64,000 nt of DNA from Prasinococcaceae sp. CCMP 1430 (taxonomy: Eukaryota; Plantae; Prasinodermophyta): the NCBI GenBank assembly GCA_013416795.1, contig RQSC01000029.1, positions 385,124-449,123 on the forward strand, given 5' to 3'. The notes under the pieces are model-generated. The model searched no databases and had not been told where the DNA came from. It saw only the letters and a program-made list of their open reading frames with translations. Positions 1 to 11,759 of the stretch are shown piece by piece (position 1 is the stretch's first letter; the number at the start of each line of letters is the position of its first letter). A program made the translations under genes and the position numbers.

Positions 1-323
1 CGCGCGCGTGGCGCGACGAATGGCGCGTGTTCTGTAAGCAGTGACACGGCTGATTTTCATGAAAGTGTGACGGTGCATGCGGGCTCGCTTTGCTTGAGTG
101 TACTACCTGTTCGCTTCTAACGCGTGCTGCAGCAGTGCACGCAGCAGTGTGCGCGATGTGCGCTGTCCCGTGTGCTGGTCGGTGCCCGATGTCCATGCTA
201 CGGCACGTCGACAAAATTGCAATGCGTGTCGGTGCGTGGCTGCAGTCACGCATGGTTGTTGTATCCTGTATGATTCTGGCTCCGCAAATTGCCAAGCAAG
301 GCTGGTGTGAATGGCACTCCTCC

Positions 324-2179
324 TCACGTGCGCGGCCGCTTGACGGCGATCCATCCCTCGTCATCGCCGATGGGTCTCTCAACTACCGAGCGCTTCTGCA
401 GCACCCTTCCGGTATCGTCGGGCGATGTGTGCATCGCTTCGGCGCTCTCAGCTCGGACCATGCACGCTGCCGAGGCGTCAGCAGCGACATGTGTAGTCTG
501 CGGCGTGGGAGCGCTGTCCCTCGGTCGGTCCTTCCCACCAGGGGCGCTCGGCAGCGGATGCATGCGTGATGGGGACGCATTGATGGTGGACGGGTGCACA
601 GGCGCGAGCGGTGCTCTGCCTTTGCCATGTGCGCCCTGCAGGGCGATGTCGTAAGGATCCATGGCATCGTCGCCGTGGTCAGCGTTGGTTCGATGCGCTG
701 GATTCTCCTGACCGTCTTCGTCATCATCGAGCGTGAGCGTGAGGTCCCCCATGGCATCGATCTGATCCTGTGTGAGCGTGCACGTGTCTGCGAGGCAATC
801 ATTGATGCGGTATCGTGGGTCGCCGCCACGCTGCTCCCCATCGCCTGCGGCGCCGGCAGCGACCTCTGGATGCGCGTGCGTCTGCACCATCGCATGCTCG
901 GCAGAGGCGGGAGGCTGCTCGATGTCAAGGGGCTCTTGTGTGGGGTCCTGGTCGTCCGCCGCATGCAGCGGGAGCGGCACCGGTGCCTCTGGCGCCTCAG
1001 CCGGAGCCGCGGCATCGGGTTGGTCGTGGCCGTCGGCGGGCGCGCCGCCCACACCGTCCACGTCGGGTTCCCCCGCACCGTCCTCATCCGCCTGCTCTGC
1101 CCCCGGCTGCTGCTTCTGGCTGCTCGCGCGCTGCTGCTTCTGACTGTTGTGGTACACCGCCACTGGATCGAGCACGGTGCGCACAGAGGCGCTCATGCCC
1201 ACGTGACCGCCCGCATTCACGCCCGCGCCGATGGCCATGGTGAACACATCCTCATCCACGAACTCGGCAGCATCGCCCTCGCGCTCTGCGCGGAAGAAGG
1301 GCGGCTCGTAGTCGGCAGGCGTAGCGTCCGTGTACTCGAGCTTCATCGTGAGCACTCGGCCCTCCTCGACTTCTTCGAAAGTGGTCCTGAGTGAGCGAGA
1401 TTCAAAAATTGGCAAGGCCAAGCCTGTCAGCGACGCAGCGCTGCGCGCGTACGTTGATGCACGGCCCACGTAGCTGGGAGAAAACTATGAGGCCAATGCG
1501 CATCATGATGCACAGAGATGCAGCGCAGGCAACGCATCGAGCTGAAAGAGCCTGCTAAGAACTCATGGTGCATCACGTACATCAGCTGCATCAGCTGCCT
1601 GGTCATGTACGCACACTGCATGCGCGTGGTCTTCACGTCGCCAGGCTCGGGGAGGCCGCCGCTCCGCGCGCCGATGCGTAACCCCTCCTTGTCACCGTCC
1701 TCTTCATCGCCCACGCCGTCGTCGTCGCCACCGACGAGATGGATCGTCGCGTCGTCTCCCTCACCGTAGGAGAACGAGAACGAAAACTGCTCGAGGATGG
1801 CGCGCGGATGGCCCTCCGCGACGCGCGCCCTCTCGACGTCATCCTTCGGCGCCAGCACGGAGAAGAGCAGGCGGCGCAGATACTTCCGCTGCAGCGCGTC
1901 GCCCACGCCGCTGTCGACCCACGCGACGAGCCGCGCCGCCTCCTCCGAGAAGTCCTTGTTCAGCTTCCAGACATCCAGGCCGAGGCCTTCGGCGCGCGTG
2001 CGCGTGAACGCTTCCTGCGGGAACAGGGCCCGCCCGAAGGCGATGCTGTGCAGGCTCATCGACGTCAGGCCCTTGGCGACGCCCAGCGCGGCCGTCTGCG
2101 ACACCGCCGCGGTCCTCGCCTTGGCCTTGCTCTTGGCCTTGCTGCGCGCGCGCGTCTGGCGCACCATCGCCGTCGGCAT
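324..2179 (-). CDS. ASY1: Meiotic HORMA-domain protein (ASY1/HOP1 family), 2 exons (2179-1581, 1386-324); 3' end may extend further
   Basis: HORMA motifs ALFPQEAF, GVGDALQRKYL, LEQFSFSFSY. Splicing the GTACGT...GCTGAC...CAG intron 1580-1387 joins QLMQLM/TTFEEVEEGRVLTMKLEYTDATPADYEPPFFR, matching the plant ASY1 HORMA end. Acidic low-complexity tail follows. Confidence 0.88.
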
Positions 2180-3022
2180 GGCGCGCTACGAATTTCAGCG
2201 CAGGCCGTCCTCTGAGGCGGGACGATCGCGCGGCCGCCCGAGAAAAAGCGCGCCCGCGCCAGCCGAGCGGCGCGCTGCGGCCGGCGCGCCCGCCCCTGCT
2301 CTGGCGCCCCCGCCCGCGCGCGCGCGCGCGCGCGGGCGGCGCTGCGCATGCGCGCATCGCCGAGGCCTCACGTAATACAAAACGATGATACTTCTAACCA
2401 CGGGAGAAACATTTCCATACAACACTTGCAATACTGTACATTCGCTCGCATTCAAACGAATGCATTCGAATTTCGAACCGAGCGAATAAATCATTGAAAA
2501 CCATCGATTACTCGTAGGTGTGGACGTGGACTGTGTACTCGCAGCAAAATTCGCTCGCGGTCTCACAAAAAGACGCTGACACGTGGATGAGATTTTTTTT
2601 TGCATCCTTTTGCAGCTGCAGGGCTCCTCGGACGATGTTTTGCGTGTGCGTAAAGTGAATGCGTTTTGATGGAGGGCCTGCGACGGGGGGCAACCAGCCT
2701 AACATAATACTTTCCACTAAATGCGTTTTTGTTCCAACGATTAAAATGGAATTTCTGTGAGCGACGCGGGCCGAGCGGCGCTCGCGCGCAGCGCGGCGCC
2801 CGTGCGCGCGGAGTACATCGAGTCGGTCGAGGTGAGCGCGTCGCCTGCGCTCGCAGAATGGAAGACAACCCCGGCGCGCGCCCCACCCGCCAGCCTGCCC
2901 GCCCGCCCGCAAACGCGACCGCTCGCGCGGCGTTGCTGACGGGAAGTGCGCGCTGGCAGGCCAGCGCGTGCGCTGCGGGCGCTGCCGCCGTCCGCCTGCG
3001 CTCGGAGTATCCCCTCGCGGCC

Positions 3023-5010
3023 ATGGAGAGAGCCAAGCAGGCAGACGGCGAGGACGACGGCAGTGGGGAGACCGCTGCCGCCGCGGCGGCCCCGATGTCC
3101 AAGAAGCAGAAACGCAAGGCACAGCGACAGCATGGGCGACTCGGCCTGTGCAACAACGTCGTCCGCAGTGGCGACCCGAGCGCGTGCCCGTACGGCGACA
3201 AGTGCAAGTACTCGCATGACATTGCCGCGTACCGCGCTTCGAAACCTGTGGACCTCCCGGGCAGGTGCCCTTTCGCGCACCCTTGCCCTTTCGGCATCCA
3301 GTGCCGCTGGGAAGGCTCCCATGCGCAGGCCGTCGCTGACGCGGAGGAGGGCCGCCCCGTGGGCGTCGTGCGCGAAAGCGAGTGCTCCAACTTCCTTCGA
3401 AAGCCTCTCATGAATGGGCTGCGCAAGCGCGAGTACGACTTCTCGCGCGCCGACGCAAGCACGATCAAGGCGGGCGGGAAGCTCTCCAAGTTTGCGACGA
3501 AGAAGGGACACAAAAGCGTGTCCGTTGCCGATGCGGCCACTGGCTCGCCGGCCCCAGGACCCCCCGCCGCCGAAGGCGAGGGCGAGGTGCGCGACAAGCC
3601 CGAGCCCGCGTTCGAGCGCAAGGCCATCGACTTCGATGGCAAGCTGTACCTCGCTCCGCTCACGACAGTCGGAAACCTGCCCTTCCGTCGACTATGCGTC
3701 GAGCTGGGCATAGACATCACCGTGGGCGAGATGGCAATGTGCACCAACCTTCTCCAGGCGCAGCCATCGGAATGGGCGCTCCTGAGGAGGCACAAGAGCG
3801 AGAAGATCTTCGGCGCCCAAATATGTGGTTCGTTCCCCGACAGCGTCGCGCGCGCATGTCAGGTGGTCGAGGAGAACACGGACGTGAACTTCATCGACAT
3901 CAACATGGGCTGTCCAATCGACCTCGTGTGCAACGCCGGCGCCGGCGCGTCGATGCTCCATCGCCCTGCGCGCATGGAGCAGGTGGTGCGGGCAGGCGCG
4001 GGCGCGCTGCGAGAGCTGCCATTCACGGTGAAGACTCGGACAGGATTCAACGACGGCGAGAACGTCACGCACAAACTGGCACCGAAGATGAAGGAGTGGG
4101 GCGCGGCGGCGCTGACCCTCCACGGGCGCACGCGTCAGCAGCGGTACAGCCGCCCGGCGGACTGGAGCTACGTGGCAAAGACCGCAGGCGCGCTCAAGGT
4201 GCGCGCGCGCGCGTCGCGTGGGTGCCATCGCATGCGCTCGCACCCCACTGACCGCGTCGACCGCGCACCACACCGTCCCCATCGCGCGCTGTGCGCGCGC
4301 CGATGCCGACAGGACGAGGGCGGCACGCGCCAGCTACCGCTGATCGGAAACGGGGATGTATATACACACGAGGACTACTTCCACCACTTGGAGGAGCACG
4401 GCGTGGCCACGTGCATGCTCGCGCGCGGCATGCTCATCAAGCCGTGGTTGGCCACCGAGATCAAGGAGCGGCGCACGTGGGACATAAGCGGCTCGGAGCG
4501 CTTCGACCTCATGAAGAAGTTCGCCAACTACAGCCTGGAGCACTACGGCAGCGACGAGAGGGGTGTGGAGAGCAGCAGGAGGTTCCTGCTGGAGTGGATG
4601 AGCTTCACGCATCGGTATGTGCCCGTGGGGCTGCTCGAGACACAGGTGGGCATGCAATTCCGCCCGCCGCCCTTCAGCGGACGCGACGACCGGGAGACGC
4701 TTCTCGCGAGCCCGCTCGCCAAGGTGAGTCACCGCGCGCGCGGCAGGCGACCCGCGCTCGAGCCCACGCCGTCACGCGCGTGTCGCTGACCACTCACGCG
4801 CGCGCAGGACTGGGTCGCCATCAGCGAGATGCTCTTGGGTCCGGTGCCCAAGAACTTCGCGTTCGCGCCGAAGCACAAGGTGCGCGATCGGATGCCTGCG
4901 GCTCGCAACGCGCGAGCTCACATCGCCAAGTCGACGCCACTGACGTGCCTACCCGCGCGCGCACGCAGAGCAACGCCTGGGCGGACGGGTCCCTCACCGC
5001 GCAAGGCTGA
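3023..5010 (+). CDS. DUS3: tRNA-dihydrouridine(47) synthase DUS3 with N-terminal CCCH zinc fingers; exons 3023-4198, 4313-4723, 4808-4879, 4969-5010
   Basis: CPYGDKCKYSH and CPFGIQCRWEGSH zinc fingers; KLYLAPLTTVGNLPFRR, FIDINMGCPID, LHGRTRQQRYS, GNGDV, RFLLEW; spliced C-terminus PKHK/SNAW. Three in-phase GT-AG introns. Confidence 0.95.
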
Positions 5011-5107
5011 AGCGCTGGAGCGCGCGCTCGGCCCACCGTAAGGTACCCAGCTGCAATTACAAGGCGCGCGGGTCCGCATTCGCGCCGATGTGTGCCCTGT
5101 GATGCGC

Positions 5108-5976
5108 TCACTTCTTGCCGCGGGGGCCGAGCTCCGCAGGCTTGGTGGGGCCCACCACGATGGGGATGCCGGTCTGCTTCACTCCCACAGCACCGTAGGC
5201 GACAATGCCCAGGCCGTACGCCAGCGCGGTGAAGCCGAAGAATGCGTCACGGCGCTTGAACGGCGCGGCAGCGCGCTCGAAGAAGTCCGCCTGCGTCGTC
5301 GGGTACCTGCGATCGCAAAGCGCGGAACGTTGGATGGGCAGGGCAATGGGGTCTCCTGTCAGCGTGGGCGGCCGATCGCACGATCGCACGCCCGCGCGCT
5401 GCGCGCGCGACAGCTCGAGCGCGGCGGTCGATCCCACGCGTCGCATCGCGTCGCGTTGCATCCCATCGCACGCCGCACTCCCAGCGCCGCTGGCCACATG
5501 CGCGTGGCGCGGTCTGGCCAGTGGCCCCGTCCAGGTCCGGTCGCACCGCGGCGACCCGCGCGGCCCGTGCCGATGCGCGTCGTCACGGCAGCCACTCCCC
5601 TGACTCTATCTCTGCGCGGCCCCGCGCGTTCGCGGGGGGGACCCAGAGAAAGAGAGAGAGAGAGAGAGAGAGGAAGGGCGGACGGTGGGAGGCGAGCGCG
5701 CGCACATGGCGGTGACCGCCTTCGCACCGGGCACGTGGGGCGCGCACGGGCGCTCACGCGCCGCCCCCTGGCGCGCACACACGCCGCTCGCGCGCCGGCG
5801 TTTCGCGCTCCATCGCTCGCGGCGCGCGCGACGTACACAGCGCCCTTGTCGCTCTGGTACATCTCCCACGAGCCGGTCGTGTTCTCGGTGTCGTCGATGT
5901 CGAAGTAGACGCCCTCGTCGCCGTACTTGGCGACGGGCGCCGCGCGCGCCGCGCGGCAGCGCGGGGCGCGCTCCAC
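5108..5976 (-). CDS. psaH: Photosystem I subunit VI (PsaH); intron 5836-5307; start codon/transit-peptide exon not found
   Basis: Spliced product KYGDEGVYFDIDDTENTTGSWEMYQSDKGAV/YPTTQADFFERAAAPFKRR...GPTKPAELGPRGKK matches the plant PSI-H pattern (KYGDKSVYFDL...GPRGK). Confidence 0.93.
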
Positions 5977-6694
5977 CCCCGCGCCCGCCCGCCGCCCGGC
6001 GCTCGCTCGGGCTCGGGGCCGCCCCCGCCAAAAAAAAATCCAAACCCAAATTCAAACCTAAACTCACTCCGACGAATTATAAATGCATTTTGACGTGCAT
6101 CACGAACCCTACGCGGTGTCGCGCGCCGCGCGCGCGGGCGTAATCCGATCCGCCGCCCGGGGGCGGGCCGCAAAACGACGGAATTCTTCGGATTTGAGAT
6201 GCTCCAGGCGCGCGTTTGGCGATCCGTTTGATCACCACGAATCCCGGTTCGGACGCCGCGCGCGCGCGCCGGCCGCGCATGCGCGCGATTGCGCGGGGCG
6301 GCCCGCGCGCGCACCCGCGCGCGGAACCCACATCACTTTACCAAATCATTTGAAGTATCCTAAAAGCGTTTATAGTATCATACATTAATTTCACACCCAT
6401 CATTGGATACCGCTTAAAATTGCGATTAATTGCATGGATTCCGTTGGCGCGCAACGAGGGCGCAGGAAAAGATCGTGTTCGCGGAGGCACGGACGGCCCG
6501 CAGCGAGCGGCTCGTCGACACGTCGGCCCGGCGGGCCGCGCAGCACGGCACGGCACACAGCCCCGCCCGCGGCGCGCCTAAACCTCAAATCGGATCTCTC
6601 CGCCAGGCAGCCCGGCCTCGCTCGCTCCCGCTCCCTCCAGCTCCCGCTCCGCGTCCGTCTGTCAGCCCTGCCTGTGTGTGGCCTGGCTCGAGCC

Positions 6695-6722
6695 GGAGCT
6701 GGAGCTGGAGCTGGAGCTGGAG
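6695..6722 (+). repeat. (GGAGCT)4 microsatellite
   Basis: Direct reading; intergenic. Confidence 0.9.
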
Positions 6723-7245
6723 GCCGTCGGTCGGTCGGCCGTCGGCGCGGGCTCGCGCGCCGTGCTGGTGCTGGTGCTGGCTGGCTCCTGCGTCGCCTCC
6801 CTTGCTGCGAGGGAGGGTGCTCTTCGACCCACGTTTTGCGTACAGTGCAGTGTACCATCGTGATGGCATGTGACATGATTTCGAGCGCAGCGGCGATTTT
6901 AGGGTTTTAAGATCAGGGTCCGACATCTATCTATCCGGGGCGCCGTCCGGGGTGATGGCGCTTTTGGTTGGTGACTGTGACGGCCCCGCGATGGCCGCGA
7001 ACCTCTTGCGTTTTTGGCCTTGGAGTGCTCGCCCGTGGGTGATCCGATCATCTTTTTCGTGGGGGCGACGCCGCCATTCATTCAATTCAATTTGATGGCA
7101 GTGTGTATGCCAACGGAGCGCGCCGCGCCGCGCCGGCCGCGGCGGCGAGGGCGAGCCCCGGGGGGGATGGGCTCGCGACGCCGTGCTCGTGATGTAAATT
7201 GTTGTGTACCTTATTGAGCCTCCCGTTTATTTAAAATTGCGACCA

Positions 7246-7387
7246 TCAGCCCTCACGCTGCCTGGGCGCGCACTTGACAATTTCGTCGACGCGCATGATC
7301 ATCTCCGCGGCCTCGGTCGCGCTGAGCAAGACCTGCTGCTTGACCTTGAAGGACTCGAAGATGCCACGCTGCTTCATATCACCTACC
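7246..7387 (-). CDS. CCT2: C-terminal fragment of chaperonin CCT/TRiC subunit beta, cut by the N at 7388
   Basis: Translates [46 protein letters not shown], the characteristic CCT-beta end. Not listed in the ORF track. Confidence 0.88.
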
Positions 7388-7388
7388 N

Positions 7389-7808
7389 GTGCCCGTGCCG
7401 GCCGCGTGGGCCGCGCCGCTGCTGCTCGCCGTCGGCGCGGGTGCCGGCGCGCTGGGTGCGCTCGGCTGCTGCGCGGCGAGCCGCAGCAGGCTGGCCACGC
7501 TGCTCTACCTCGGCGCCCTGCAGGCGCTCTACTCCGCGCTGCTCGCGGCGGCCGTCGCGTGCGCGGTCAACCTGCCCAAGGTCGGCATGTACATCAACGA
7601 CGAGTGCGCCAAGATAGGCTGCCCGGCGGAGGACATCATCAACCTCGAGGTGTCGGCGGAAATCCACCTGCGCACGGTAGCCATCGCCGCGGGCTCGACG
7701 GCCGTCTTCCTGCTGGTCTCGCAGCTCGCGGCCGCCATGGCGGGCTTCTCGTCGAAGCGCGCGCTCTACCACGAGATTCCCGTGCCGCAGTTCGCAGTGG
7801 TCGCGTGA
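7389..7808 (+). CDS. 5'-truncated multi-pass membrane protein, tetraspanin-like topology
   Basis: Three hydrophobic helices, LGCCAA motif and a Cys-containing loop (ECAKIGCP); begins right after the N join. Confidence 0.45.
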   Translation: MPVPAAWAAPLLLAVGAGAGALGALGCCAASRSRLATLLYLGALQALYSALLAAAVACAVNLPKVGMYINDECAKIGCPAEDIINLEVSAEIHLRTVAIAAGSTAVFLLVSQLAAAMAGFSSKRALYHEIPVPQFAVVA

Positions 7809-8211
7809 GCGCGAGCGCGGAAGCTTTAGACACTGTACAACACGCGCATGCACGCACGCGCGAACACGCGCGGGTGCTCGGGCGTTGCGTCGTCTCAGGG
7901 GCGCACCGCAGGCAGCCGCGGGCGGTACCATAGGCAGCGCCGCGACGTAAGGCAGCGGGCGCCATTCCCTTTCCCAAGCGCATGGCTCCCGTGCACCTGG
8001 CGCGCAGTGCGAGTGCGCAGCGGCGCATCCCCTCGCCGACGTCGCATGAGGTGGGCTCACCCGGCGGCGGCCGCCGCCGCCGCCGCGCAGCAGCAGCAGC
8101 ACCACCACCAGCAGCAAGTGAGCGCGCGTCTGCGCCCACAAGCGCGCGTGCGCCTGCACTCATGATGTCGTGCGTGTGAATGCCAAAAAAGAATTACAGT
8201 GGATAAAGGGC

Positions 8212-9329
8212 TCACTCGGCCTGGTCGTCTGTGCCCTCTGCCGCACGCGTCGGCTGCTGCGGCTTGGGCGGCCCTTTGCCTCGCGTGCCCAGCCGCCGCC
8301 AGCGCACGTGGTGCACGCCCTGCCCGTGCTTGGTGGGCATGCCTCCGCGCCACTCCGTGCCATCCACCGCCGCGTGCACGGCGTCGGCCAAGGGAGAGGC
8401 AGCGAAGCCCGCGCCGCTAAGATTCGTGCGTGCGAGCGCGCGGAGACGAGGACGGTGTTCGGGGGATGGGGGAGCGTGCGCGTACGGGGCGAGAAGGGGG
8501 GAGGAGCCGCAAGCACGTCAGCGCGGGAGGCGGGAGTGCGGCGACAGTCACGCAGCGCGAGCACACAAGAGGTGTCGGCACAGAAGGTGCGACGCGGGCG
8601 AGCCAATGCCCTGCCTTCGAGCGTGCGCACGAACGCACCTGTCCGCGCCCTTGGGCGGCCTCGCCGCGCGCAGCTCCCCTGGGCGGTCGACGAACTCGAC
8701 GAACGCCATGGGGGCCCCGTCGCCCTCGCGCATGCGGGAGCGCATCACGCGCGTGTAGCCCCCTTGCCGCGCCGCGTAGCGCGGCGCGAGCTCGTTGAAC
8801 AGCTTGTCGAGGCTGTCGGGTGTGCGCAGCACCGCGAGAGCGCGACGGCGGCCCTCGTACGCGTCCTCCATCTGAGTGGCCAACGAGGGCAACGCAGACA
8901 GACACAAAGGGAGGGAGCGGCGGAGCGAGGAACGGAGAGAAAGAGCGTGGGTGCGCGCGCGCGCGCGCGTCAGCTGCGATACGCAGCGTCGTCTGAGGTC
9001 TGTGGCTCCCGTGACACGAGCGCCGCGCCCGTGTGCGGCTACATGCGCGCCGAGCGGCGCTCACCGGCGAAGCTGGTGCCGGCGCGCACGCACGCCGCCG
9101 CTGCGTTGCGCCGCAAGCATGCGCGGCCACCCCGCACACACGCATTTCCACGCCCCCGCCGCCGCCTCACCTTTCCCATCGAAATGACCTTATCCGCCAG
9201 CTTGCGCAGATCCTTCGCGCGCGGCACGGTCGTCTCTATCCTCTCGTGGCGCACCAGGTCGTCGACCATGGAGCGCAGCATGCTGCGCGCATGCTTCGCC
9301 GTGGTGCCGATGCCGACGCGTTTCACCAT
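8212..9329 (-). CDS. MRPL17: Organellar (probably mitochondrial) ribosomal protein bL17; exons 9329-9171, 8871-8639, 8416-8212
   Basis: HARSMLRSMVDDLVRHERIETTVPRAKDLRKLADKVI and GGYTRVMRSRMREGDGAPMAFVEFVDR. Spliced length 597 nt (in frame); C-terminal extension and no plastid transit peptide. Confidence 0.92.
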
Positions 9330-9514
9330 CGCCGCCCCGCGCGCGCCGCCGCGCGGGCGCAAGCGGGCGCGGGCGACGGGATCGCTCCACCCGCGGGCGA
9401 GGTCGCCGGGGTCCCGTGCCCCGGGCGCGCCCGCGAGCGCTGTGGCGCGAGGCGCCCGCGCCCTAACACGCAAAGCCTGCCCGGCAAGGCAGATGGCGAC
9501 CTGAGTGATGGCAC

Positions 9515-9543
9515 TTTCGCATGCATTTGGAATGCATGCGAAA
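9515..9543. promoter_or_regulatory. Perfect 13-bp inverted repeat in the divergent bL17/phosphatase promoter
   Basis: TTTCGCATGCATT-tgg-AATGCATGCGAAA. Function not demonstrated. Confidence 0.55.
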
Positions 9544-9584
9544 ACGCCATCAGACTTCGGGCTGGCCGGCGAAGGCACGACGGC

Positions 9585-9619
9585 TGGTGGTGGTGGCGGT
9601 GGTGGTGGTGGTGGTGGTG
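9585..9619 (+). repeat. (GGT)n microsatellite
   Basis: Direct reading; lies in the divergent promoter/5'UTR. Confidence 0.85.
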
Positions 9620-9702
9620 CCGCCGCCGCTATCGAGGGCGATGCTGCTGTCACAGCACGCGCGTGCGCGCGTGCGCGTGCGCGAGCGCGGGCGCCGCGCG
9701 CG

Positions 9703-10534
9703 ATGGGGCTGCGCCGCGTGCTGTTCGTGCGGCACGGCGAGTGCGAGATGAACCTGGCGTTGGGCAGCGTCGTCGGCGGCCGCGCGGACGATTCGCCGCT
9801 CACCGCTCGCGGCGAGGCGCAGGCGGAGGCGCTCGCCGCGGGGGCGCGAGAGTACGTCGCGCGGCGCGCGACGCTCGATCGCCCGCGTTGCGAAGCGTGG
9901 GGCTTGTGCGGGCTGGCCAGCGGGCGCGGGAGCGAGTGCGCTGACGCCATTGCGCGCGTGCAGAGGCCGTGCGGTCGGGCTGCCCTCCGAGTGCGCGCGC
10001 TCGCCGTGGTTCGCGTCGACAGCAGTGCGCGCGAGGGAGACCGCCGCCATCGCCGGCCGGGCGCTCGCGAGCGCAATCGCGAGCGAGGGCGAGGGCGCCG
10101 TGACGCTGCCTTGCGAAGCCGCGACCCTCAGCAGCGAGATCGTCGAGCTCGACATGGGGGATTTCGCCGGACGTCTGCGCGCCGATGTGTACAGTGCTGA
10201 CGTGCGCGCGACCATCGCGGCCAATCCGTGGGACTTCAAGCCGCCCAATGGTGAGTCGCAGCACGAGGTGGAGGTGCGCGTCCGTTCGTTCGTCGAGCGC
10301 GAGGTGCTGCCCGTCGCAGTTCCGGGAGGGCCACCGGCCGTTGTGGTCGCCCACGGGTTAGCCATCAAGTGCTTTTTGCGCCACGTCCTGGGCAGCGACG
10401 CCGCCATGACGTGGAAGGTGCGGCTCGACAACTGCTCCATCACAGAGGTTGGCTTCGAGGAGGACGTCACGGCCCGCGACGCAGGCTGGCACGTGCTTCG
10501 AGTCAACGACACGGCTCACCTGCGGGAGCTCTGA
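9703..10534 (+). CDS. Histidine phosphatase / phosphoglycerate mutase superfamily protein; intron 9852-9963
   Basis: FVRHGE motif, PLTARGEAQA, STAVRARET, GES, VVAHG, DNCSIT, VNDTAHL; intron is in phase. Confidence 0.9.
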
Positions 10535-10700
10535 GGCGCGAGCGCGAGCGCGGGCGCACTTGCATGGCGGGCAGAATGTAGACCAGTGTACTCTAGCTAG
10601 CTAGTATTCCACATACGATTACAGATTCCACAGGATGCCGAGCACCGCGTGCCTGCGCGCTGAGGATGCGCTCGCGCTCCCTCGCGCGTGCACGTCCCGC

Positions 10701-11759
10701 TCACACGCGCGGACCGCCCTTCGACTTGGGGCGCTTCTTCTTCTTCTTCTTGGCGAGCAGTTCGGCGGCGACGCGCGCGGCGGCGGCCTCGTCGGCGCGG
10801 TCGCGCGCCTCGGCGAGAGCCCCCTCCACATCTACTCGACCGCGCTCCACGGCTTCCCGGCGCTCGTTGCGCTCCTATGACGCGCGTGTGCGCGCGCACG
10901 CGCGTGAGCACGCGTCCACGCGACGTGCACGCTCTGTCATGCGCGTGCGCACGGCCGCACGCACCTTGTCCATGTTTGCCTCGAGCTCGAGCCGCCTCTC
11001 CTTCTCATAGCGAAGCTGCTCCTGCAGCGGCCGCAGGCCGCTCTCCATGCGAACTTCCGCTGCCGAGGCGGCCGCATCGGCACCGTTCTCGGTCGCGCGC
11101 ACGATCCAGGGGAGGATTTCATCCTCAACCCTGCTCACCTTGGGGGGCAACAGCGGCCCGAGAGACCGATGCGTAGCGTAGCAGCAGCAGAGCAGCGGGA
11201 TCAGCAGCACCAGCAGCGACATATACGCGCCCGTGGTCGAGCTTGTACCCTCGAGCTGCAGCGCCAGTGGCGCGTCGGCAGGGATGCCCGAGGGGGCGAC
11301 CTCGTGGAAACAAGGCAGCTCGATGCCCACCGGGTGCACGCCGACGAAGGCCGCGCGCAGCGCGTCGCCCGCAGCGCCCGCAGCGCGCGCGGCCGGCCGC
11401 AGGTCGTACACGCACTGCGTTCGCTCCGGCGCGTGCAGCGTGCGCACGAGCACGCACCCCGTGCTTGCGTCCCCGCCCACCACCAGGCACGAGTTGAACG
11501 CGCGCGTCTCGCCATCCACCGCGCGTGCTATCTGCGGGTACGCCCAGAGCGCGCCGGTGAGGCCCAGGACCGCGAACGCCGCAAATGCGACCACGCCCCA
11601 GCCGGGGTTGCCGCCCAGCCGGGGCGGGCGCGTGAAGCGTTTGTACCACGGTGGACGCTCGTACAGCGACGCGGGCGCCTCGGACGCGGCCGTGCTCGGG
11701 CGCGAGCCCAACGTGGCCAGCGTCGAGCCGCGCGTCGACAGCCCCCGCGCGCCGTACAT
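10701..11759 (-). CDS. Uncharacterised two-TM protein with a 4-Cys loop, coiled coil and K6 basic tail; intron 10964-10875
   Basis: TM1 GVVAFAAFAVLGLTGALWAY, TM2 YMSLLVLLIPLLCCCY. In-phase splice gives ...ELLAKKKKKKRPKSKGGPRV*. Confidence 0.7.

Noticed and set aside
4199-4968. Introner-like repeated introns
   Set aside because: Introns share only short splice signals and GC texture; no near-identical copies or terminal repeats were seen by eye.
6400-7240. ncRNA (snRNA/snoRNA) or small ORF in the long intergenic stretch
   Set aside because: No U1/U2/U4/U5/U6, SRP or convincing C/D box signatures; the ORFs are microsatellite-derived.
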